DNA from: an uncultured Acidobacteriaceae bacterium
Lineage (GTDB): Bacteria; Acidobacteriota; Terriglobia; Terriglobales; Acidobacteriaceae
DNA: 64,000 nucleotides
Reading direction: 5' to 3'
Assembly (NCBI GenBank): GCA_963721995.1
Contig: CAVRNK010000064.1
Location: 6,569 to 70,568 of the forward strand
A program made the position numbers and the translations under genes. Below are positions 57,796 through 64,000 of the stretch, in pieces; position 1 is the first letter of the stretch, and each line of letters opens with the position of its first letter. The notes under the pieces were generated by a model, which worked only from the letters and a program-made list of their open reading frames with translations, had not been told where the DNA came from and ran no database searches.

Positions 57796-58509
57796 ATGAG
57801 GTTTAAGAACAAGGTAGTGCTGGTGGCTGGTGGAACCGGAGGGTTGGGACGCGCGGTGAGCCTGGCGTTTCTAAGCGAGAGGGCGAACGTCGTCGTAACT
57901 TACATGCGTGCGGAGGAATTTCAGGCCTTAGAAGGCATTGCCGGTGTCGGCGGATTGCGCCTGGCCGGACATTCAGTGGATGTGATGGATGAAGCGGCGG
58001 CCTCGAAGCTTGTCGAGGACATCGTTGCCGAGCATGGGCGGCTGGACGCGATGGTCAATACGGTCGGCGGCTATGCAGGCGGTGTGAAACTGTGGGAGCT
58101 CGAGACAAAGACGTTTGACCAGATGCTGGCGCTGAATCTGCGTGCCGGATATGCGCTGACGCGGGCGGCGATTGCTCCCATGCTGAAGCAGAAGGCCGGA
58201 GCAATTGTGAACGTCGGAGCCAAGGCTGCGTTTGATCACGCTGCGGGCGCGTCGGCTTACGCGGCATCCAAGGCTGCGGCGCTGGCGATGATCGATTGCC
58301 TGGCGGCAGATGTAAAGGGTTCGGGCGTGCGGGTGAATACGATTCTGCCTAGCATTATCGACACGGCGGCGAACAGGAAGGCAATGCCGGACGCGAATTT
58401 TGCGGCGTGGCCGAAGCCGGAGGATATCGCCAAGGTCATTTTGTTCCTGTGCAGCGATGATGCGAGGGTGATTCATGGGGCGGCGATTCCGGTGTATGGG
58501 GACAGCTAG
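57796..58509 (+). CDS. SDR family oxidoreductase
   Basis: GGTGGLG and YAASK motifs. Confidence 0.92.
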   Translation: MRFKNKVVLVAGGTGGLGRAVSLAFLSERANVVVTYMRAEEFQALEGIAGVGGLRLAGHSVDVMDEAAASKLVEDIVAEHGRLDAMVNTVGGYAGGVKLWELETKTFDQMLALNLRAGYALTRAAIAPMLKQKAGAIVNVGAKAAFDHAAGASAYAASKAAALAMIDCLAADVKGSGVRVNTILPSIIDTAANRKAMPDANFAAWPKPEDIAKVILFLCSDDARVIHGAAIPVYGDS

Positions 58510-58584
58510 ATAACGAGCTGTTGGGGAGGAAAGGCGCAACCTGAGCGCGGGCGGCACATCTCAAGGGAAGAATTGGAGGGCATC

Positions 58585-59490
58585 ATGTCGATTCGTCCGG
58601 TGAAACAGGTCATTCAATCGAAGCCGACAATGGAGGGCGCGGGTGTACACCTGCGTCGCGCGTTTGGATTTCACAATACGTCGGAGTTCGATCCGTTTCT
58701 GCTGCTCGATGATTTCAGGAACGACGTTCCGGCCGATTACCTGGCGGGATTTCCGTGGCATCCGCATCGCGGAATTGAGACGGTGACCTATGTCCTGGCG
58801 GGGACGGTGGAACACGCAGACAGCATCGGCAATAACGGCGCGATTGGCGCGGGCGATGTGCAGTGGATGACGGCGGGAAGTGGGATTATCCACCAGGAGA
58901 TGCCAAAGGGCGATGCGGTGGGACGAATGCACGGCTTCCAGCTGTGGGCGAACCTGCCGGCGTCGCAGAAGATGACGGCTCCACGGTACCAGGAGGTGAA
59001 GGCGGGAGAAATTCCGGAGATCACGGATGACGACGGGACGCAGGTGCGGGTGGTTTGCGGAAGCTTCTGGGGGAAGTCGGGTCCGGTGGATGGGATTGCG
59101 ACGAATCCAACGTACATTGATGTGACGGTGGCGCCGGGGCGCAGGAAGACGCTGCCGGTGGAGGTGAGCAGTCACGCGTTTGCGTATGTGTTTGGCGGGT
59201 CGGGCAAGTTCTGCAATGCGTCTGCGCCGCTGGCGGTGCCGACGGAGGGAGTGCAGTGGCTGGATACGCATCCACCGGCCGCAGCCGACAACCAGTCGCT
59301 GATCGTGTTTGATCGGGGCGATGAAGTGACGGTGCAGGCCGGGGATGACGGGATCCGGTTCCTGCTGGTTTCGGGCAGGCCGCTGCAGGAGCCTGTGGCG
59401 TGGTATGGCCCGATTGTGATGAATACGCAAAAAGAGCTGCAGCAGGCGTTTCAGGATCTGGAGACGGGAAAGTTTCTGAAGCAGGGATGA
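58585..59490 (+). CDS. Pirin family protein
   Basis: DPFLLLD, HPHRGIETVT, WMTAGSGIIHQE, FQLWANLP and GPIVMNT. Confidence 0.95.
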   Translation: MSIRPVKQVIQSKPTMEGAGVHLRRAFGFHNTSEFDPFLLLDDFRNDVPADYLAGFPWHPHRGIETVTYVLAGTVEHADSIGNNGAIGAGDVQWMTAGSGIIHQEMPKGDAVGRMHGFQLWANLPASQKMTAPRYQEVKAGEIPEITDDDGTQVRVVCGSFWGKSGPVDGIATNPTYIDVTVAPGRRKTLPVEVSSHAFAYVFGGSGKFCNASAPLAVPTEGVQWLDTHPPAAADNQSLIVFDRGDEVTVQAGDDGIRFLLVSGRPLQEPVAWYGPIVMNTQKELQQAFQDLETGKFLKQG

Positions 59491-59609
59491 GGGCGGTTGA
59501 CCGCGCGGGGCTGTTTTGTCTCCTGCCCTGCACCTGCTAAGGTGACCGTAGACCCTGCGCGCGTGTGTTGATTGCGGGCGCAAGAATCCCTCTGCTAAAG
59601 GAAAGCAAA

Positions 59610-60740
59610 GTGAAGAAAATTGGCGTCCTGTTCGGCATGGAAAATACATTCCCCGGCGCGCTGGTTGAGCGCATTAACTCGATGAATGCGAAAACGAAGG
59701 ACGGGGAGGGCATCTCCGCCGAGTTTGTGCAGGTGGGTGGGGTACGGCTGGACAAGCCGCCGGCTTACGCGGTGATCGTCGATCGGATCTCGCACGATAT
59801 TCCGTTCTACCGGGCGTTTCTGAAGCACGCGGCGCTGTTCGGGTCGGCGATTATCAATAATCCGTTCTGGTGGTCGGCGGACGACAAGTTTTTCAACTAC
59901 TCGCTGGCGGCGAAGCTGGGAGTGGCGGTACCTCCGACGGTGATTCTGCCGCACAAGAAGTATCCCGAAGGCACGACGGACCGGTCGATGCGCAATCTTG
60001 AGTATCCGCTGGATTGGGACGGGGTCTTTGAATACGTCGGGTTTCCGGCGTTTCTGAAGCCGGTGGATGGGGGCGGATGGCGCGACGTGCATCATGTGCA
60101 CAATCCTGAGGAGTTCTTTCACGCCTACGACCAGAGCCGCGATCTGTGCATGACTCTGCAGGGTGCGGTGAAATTCGATGAGTATTTTCGCTGCTATGTG
60201 ATCGGGCAGGAGAAGGTGCACATCATGCCGTACGATCCGCGGCGGCCGCATCACGAGCGGTATTTGCAGAATCCTCCGGAGTACGACAAGAAACTCCTGG
60301 CGCGTGTGGAGAAGGATGCGCTGACGCTGTGCCGGGCTCTGGGGTACGACCTCAACACGGTTGAGTTTGCTGTGGAGGATGGAATTCCCTATGCCATCGA
60401 CTTCATGAATCCGGCGCCGGATGCGGATGTGCACTCGGTTGGGCCGGCGAACTTTGAGTGGATTGTGAATGCGGTGGCGGAACTGGCAATTGAGAAGGCC
60501 AGGACCGCGCCGCTGACCCCGGTGCTGCAGGCGCAGGCGCTGTTGAGCGCTTCGGTTAAAAGCGCCGCAGCGAAAGATCCCGCGAAGACAAAGACGGTTG
60601 AAGCTCCGGTAAAGACGGCGGCCGAGGCTGCGGCGAAGAAAGCTCCAGCGAAGGTGACTGGCGCACCAAAGCTGCCTGTGAAGAAGAAGAAAATTCTCAA
60701 GGAAGAGCCGGCGGATCCTTCCGCCGCTCCAGCAAAGTAG
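59610..60740 (+). CDS. RimK-like ATP-grasp ligase with Lys/Ala/Pro-rich tail
   Basis: NNPFWWSADDKF, FLKP.DGGGW, NTVEFA and IDFMNPAPD. Confidence 0.85.
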   Translation: MKKIGVLFGMENTFPGALVERINSMNAKTKDGEGISAEFVQVGGVRLDKPPAYAVIVDRISHDIPFYRAFLKHAALFGSAIINNPFWWSADDKFFNYSLAAKLGVAVPPTVILPHKKYPEGTTDRSMRNLEYPLDWDGVFEYVGFPAFLKPVDGGGWRDVHHVHNPEEFFHAYDQSRDLCMTLQGAVKFDEYFRCYVIGQEKVHIMPYDPRRPHHERYLQNPPEYDKKLLARVEKDALTLCRALGYDLNTVEFAVEDGIPYAIDFMNPAPDADVHSVGPANFEWIVNAVAELAIEKARTAPLTPVLQAQALLSASVKSAAAKDPAKTKTVEAPVKTAAEAAAKKAPAKVTGAPKLPVKKKKILKEEPADPSAAPAK

Positions 60741-60816
60741 AACGCGGGCAGCAAGTCGCTCGCGGCAACAATCTGCTTGCGTGGGGGGACGCATCGTCAT
60801 ACAACGGTAGTCACCT

Positions 60817-61923
60817 ATGCGTCCTTCTTTCACTATCGGCATTGAAGAGGAATACCAGACCGTCGATCCGGTGACGCGCGATTTGCGCTCGCACATCGCC
60901 ACGGAAATGCTGGCCAAGGGCAAGCGGAGACTGGAAGAGCGCGTCAAGGCCGAGATGCACCAGTCGGTGGTGGAGGTGGGCACGCGCATCTGCAAGACGA
61001 TCAGCGAGGCGCGCGAAGACCTCTTCGACCTGCGGCGGCAGATGATCCAACTGGCGCAGGAGAATAACCTGGTGCTGGTGGCGGGGGCGACGCATCCTTT
61101 TGCCGATTGGCGCCTGCAGGAGATCTATCCTGACCCGCGCTACGCCCGGGTGGTGGAGGATCTGCAACTGGTGGCGCGCGCGAACCTGATCTTTGGCCTG
61201 CACGTGCATGTAGGCGTTGAGGACCGCGAGGCGGCGATGCGCATCATGAACTCGATGCGCTACTTTCTTCCGCACATTCTGGCGCTCTCGACGAACTCGC
61301 CATTCTGGCGCGGGATAAAGACGGGGCTCAAGAGCTATCGGGCGAAGGTCTTCGACAAGTTTCCGCGAACGAATATTCCGGACAGCTTTTCGAGCTACAG
61401 TGAGTTCGAAAACTTCATCAATCTGCTCATCAAGACAAACTGCCTGGATAACGCGAAGAAAATCTGGTGGGATATCCGGCCGCACCCGTTCTTCAATACG
61501 GTAGAGATTCGGGTATGTGATCTACCGATGCGCGCCGAGGAGACGCTGGCGATTACCGCGCTGATCCAGGCGACGGCGGCCAAGCTGTATCTGCTGCACG
61601 CGCGCAACCAGGACTACCGGCAGTACTCACGCGCGCTGATTATGGAGAACAAGTGGCGGGCTGTGCGGTACGGGCTCGACGGCAAGCTGATCGATTTCGG
61701 CAAGGAGAGCGAAGTGCCGGAGCGGGAGCTGATTCTCGAGTACCTGGAATTTGTCGATGAGGTGGTCGATGAGCTTGAATGCCGCGACGCGATTGGGTAC
61801 ATCCGCACGATTCTGGAGATGGGGACGGGTGCAGACCGCCAGCTCCGGAAGTTCGAAGAGACTGGCGATCTGAAGGCGGTGGTGGACTACATGGCCGAAG
61901 AGACGCAGGTGGGCCTCTACTGA
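60817..61923 (+). CDS. Carboxylate-amine ligase (GCS2/YbdK family)
   Basis: [31 protein letters not shown] and EIRVCD. Confidence 0.92.
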   Translation: MRPSFTIGIEEEYQTVDPVTRDLRSHIATEMLAKGKRRLEERVKAEMHQSVVEVGTRICKTISEAREDLFDLRRQMIQLAQENNLVLVAGATHPFADWRLQEIYPDPRYARVVEDLQLVARANLIFGLHVHVGVEDREAAMRIMNSMRYFLPHILALSTNSPFWRGIKTGLKSYRAKVFDKFPRTNIPDSFSSYSEFENFINLLIKTNCLDNAKKIWWDIRPHPFFNTVEIRVCDLPMRAEETLAITALIQATAAKLYLLHARNQDYRQYSRALIMENKWRAVRYGLDGKLIDFGKESEVPERELILEYLEFVDEVVDELECRDAIGYIRTILEMGTGADRQLRKFEETGDLKAVVDYMAEETQVGLY

Positions 61924-62531
61924 GGCTGTGATGTGGGCGGCTGGGGCGGAGTCTGAGGTTGCGGAGGCGCGTTTGGCTGGGCCGGGGCGGCCGGTTGAGC
62001 GGGAGGCTGAGGAGGCGGTGGCGGCGCGTTGGGGTTGAGCTGGTCGACGAGTTCAACATCGAAGATCAGGTCGGCCTTAGGCGGGATTACCGGCGGGCGG
62101 CCCCTTTCTCCATAAGCGAGCTGGTAGGGAATGAAGAGACGGCGCTTGCCGCCCACGTGCATGCCTTCGAAGCCCTGATCCCATCCAGTGATAACGCGCT
62201 TGACGCCCTGTTGGAACTGGATCGGCTCGCCGCGGTCGAGGGATGAGTCGAACTTGGTGCCGTCGGAGGCGAGCCAGCCTGTGTAGTGGACGGAATAGAC
62301 CCAGCCAGGCTCGGCGATATCGCCGGTGCCGACCTTGATGTCCTGATAGCGCATGACGTACTGCGTCTTCATGGGCGCGGTGACGGCAGAGATGTTCTTC
62401 GGCAAAGCGGGCTGGGTTGGTTTGGCTGCGGTGGTCGTGGTTCGAGGCTTCGGGCGTGCTGTGGTCTGCGCTGTGGCAAAGAGCGCGGTTGAGAGAATCA
62501 ACAGGGAAAGCGAACGGCGAATGAGGGGCAT
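61917..62531 (-). CDS. FKBP-type peptidyl-prolyl isomerase (secreted)
   Basis: [30 protein letters not shown] and LIFDVEL. Confidence 0.95.
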   Translation of the reverse strand: MPLIRRSLSLLILSTALFATAQTTARPKPRTTTTAAKPTQPALPKNISAVTAPMKTQYVMRYQDIKVGTGDIAEPGWVYSVHYTGWLASDGTKFDSSLDRGEPIQFQQGVKRVITGWDQGFEGMHVGGKRRLFIPYQLAYGERGRPPVIPPKADLIFDVELVDQLNPNAPPPPPQPPAQPAAPAQPNAPPQPQTPPQPPTSQPQ

Positions 62532-62731
62532 GTGTGCTCCGGAGTGAGATTGCTGCTGGTTCCTGATGAGACGATATCCGGCGGCAGTGCCGTCGGTAAA
62601 TTACATACATAAAAATGGGATACTCTCGCGTCCCGCCGCTGATTTACAGTAAATTCAATCAATATCCGCACGAGGTTGACCGCATTTTGACGAATCTTTC
62701 ATCTTCCGCCGAAGCCCAGGCATTGCTGGCG

Positions 62732-63736
62732 ATGCCGTTTCCATCCGAGTTTCTTCCGGGCGCGCGCTCGGCGGTTGAGACCTGCCTGCGCATTCAGTCT
62801 TCGGAAAAGGTGACACTGATCACCGATCAGGCGACGGCGCAGATTGCCGCCTCGCTTGCGCAGGAGCTGGCGGCCAACGGCTGCCGGTGGAATGCATTTG
62901 TGCTGGAGGATCTGGCTCCGCGGCCGCTGGTGGATATGCCGAAGCCAGTGTTGGCGGACATGGAAACCTCGGACGTGAGCATCTTTGCTGTGGGCGTGCA
63001 GCGCAACGAATTGCGGTCGCGCATGCAGATGACCGAGGTAGTGAATCGCAGGCGCATGCGGCACGCGCATATGGTGAACATCACGCCGCAGATCATGTGC
63101 GAAGGGATGCGGGCGGATTTTCACCGCGTCGACCAGCTTTCGCAGAGGGTGATCGAGAAGGTGAGACGCGCGAGCCGCATCCACGCGACGACGGCGGCAG
63201 GGACGGATATTCGGGCGGAGCTGAATCCGGACTACAAGTGGCTCAAGACGTCGGGCATCATCTCGCGGGACAAGTGGGGGAATCTTCCGGGCGGGGAGAT
63301 TTTTACGACTCCGGGCGAAGTGAACGGAACCTTCGTTGTGGATGGCGTGGTCGGGGACTATCTCTGCGCACGCTACGGGCTGCTGGAAAAGACGCCGCTG
63401 ACAATCGAGATCAATGGCAATCGCATTGCGAGCTGCGAGTCGGCGAATCAGGAACTGCGCGATGAGTTCTGGGCGTACACGCATGCGGACGAGAATTCGG
63501 ACCGGGTGGGCGAGTTCGCGATCGGCACCAATCTGGGAATTCACCAGGTGATCGGCAACATCCTGCAGGATGAGAAGTTTCCCGGCATTCACATTGCGTT
63601 TGGGAATCCTTACGGGGAGCACACGGGCGCGCCGTGGACATCGACCACGCATATCGATGTGGTGGGACTGCGCTTCAATATCTGGGTGGATGACGAGCAG
63701 ATCATGCGCGATGGGGAGTTCCTTATCGAGCCATAG
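62732..63736 (+). CDS. M29-like (thermophilic) aminopeptidase
   Basis: NLPGGE, GEFAIGTN, QDEK..HIAFG and HID; start uncertain. Confidence 0.88.
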   Translation: MPFPSEFLPGARSAVETCLRIQSSEKVTLITDQATAQIAASLAQELAANGCRWNAFVLEDLAPRPLVDMPKPVLADMETSDVSIFAVGVQRNELRSRMQMTEVVNRRRMRHAHMVNITPQIMCEGMRADFHRVDQLSQRVIEKVRRASRIHATTAAGTDIRAELNPDYKWLKTSGIISRDKWGNLPGGEIFTTPGEVNGTFVVDGVVGDYLCARYGLLEKTPLTIEINGNRIASCESANQELRDEFWAYTHADENSDRVGEFAIGTNLGIHQVIGNILQDEKFPGIHIAFGNPYGEHTGAPWTSTTHIDVVGLRFNIWVDDEQIMRDGEFLIEP

Positions 63737-63786
63737 CGTTTTCTAGTTCGCTGAAGCGGGCCGCAAAGTCCGCGCATCGAATTGGT

Positions 63787-64000
63787 ATGGTCAGCACTCA
63801 AGCTTCTTCCGCAACTTCGTTTGAAACGCGTCAGCTTGGCAATTCAGATCTTCGGCTCACTCCCATCGGTTATGGGGCCTGGGCGATCGGCGGCGGTAAC
63901 TGGGAATTTGCCTGGGGCGCGCAAGACGACGACGAGTCGGTGCGCACGATCGAGCGGGCGCTAGACGCAGGAATCAACTGGATTGACACGGCGGCAATCT
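63787..64000 (+). CDS. Aldo/keto reductase (3'-truncated by window edge)
   Basis: Translated by hand: RQLGNSDLRLTPIGYGAWAIGG..AWG.QDD..ALDAGINWIDTA. Confidence 0.85.
   Translation, partial: MVSTQASSATSFETRQLGNSDLRLTPIGYGAWAIGGGNWEFAWGAQDDDESVRTIERALDAGINWIDTAAI

Overview
High-GC bacterial chromosomal window, probably a subdivision-1 Acidobacteriota (inferred from gene content and REP-type hairpins, not verified). 1-36.9 kb is mostly core genome: cheR (partial), lhr-nei, an hfq paralogue-suhB, glnA, recO-glyQ-glyS-murB, a modE-like regulator with modABC, thrC-thrB, trxA-msrPQ, and rpsP-khpA-rimM-trmD-rplS-rnhB. 37-59 kb is accessory: a complete IS1595-family element (24-bp TIRs, 8-bp TSD, frameshifted transposase, passenger ORFs), several decayed genes, a MITE and an ECF sigma cluster. 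The main find is a Ro60/TROVE (Rsr) gene preceded by a tandem array of four Y-RNA-like ncRNAs. The four share a bulged stem and a GTGG..TACTTC motif but carry different variable domains, from minimal up to a full YrlA-type permuted tRNA mimic. A fifth structured RNA and a small Cys-rich ORF belong to the same locus. Also noted: a two-copy non-coding element made of three 27-bp semi-palindromic sites (one copy hit by the IS), a REP hairpin inserted in-frame in glyS, and an orphan sRNA candidate after thrB. All calls come from reading the sequence by eye; no searches were run.
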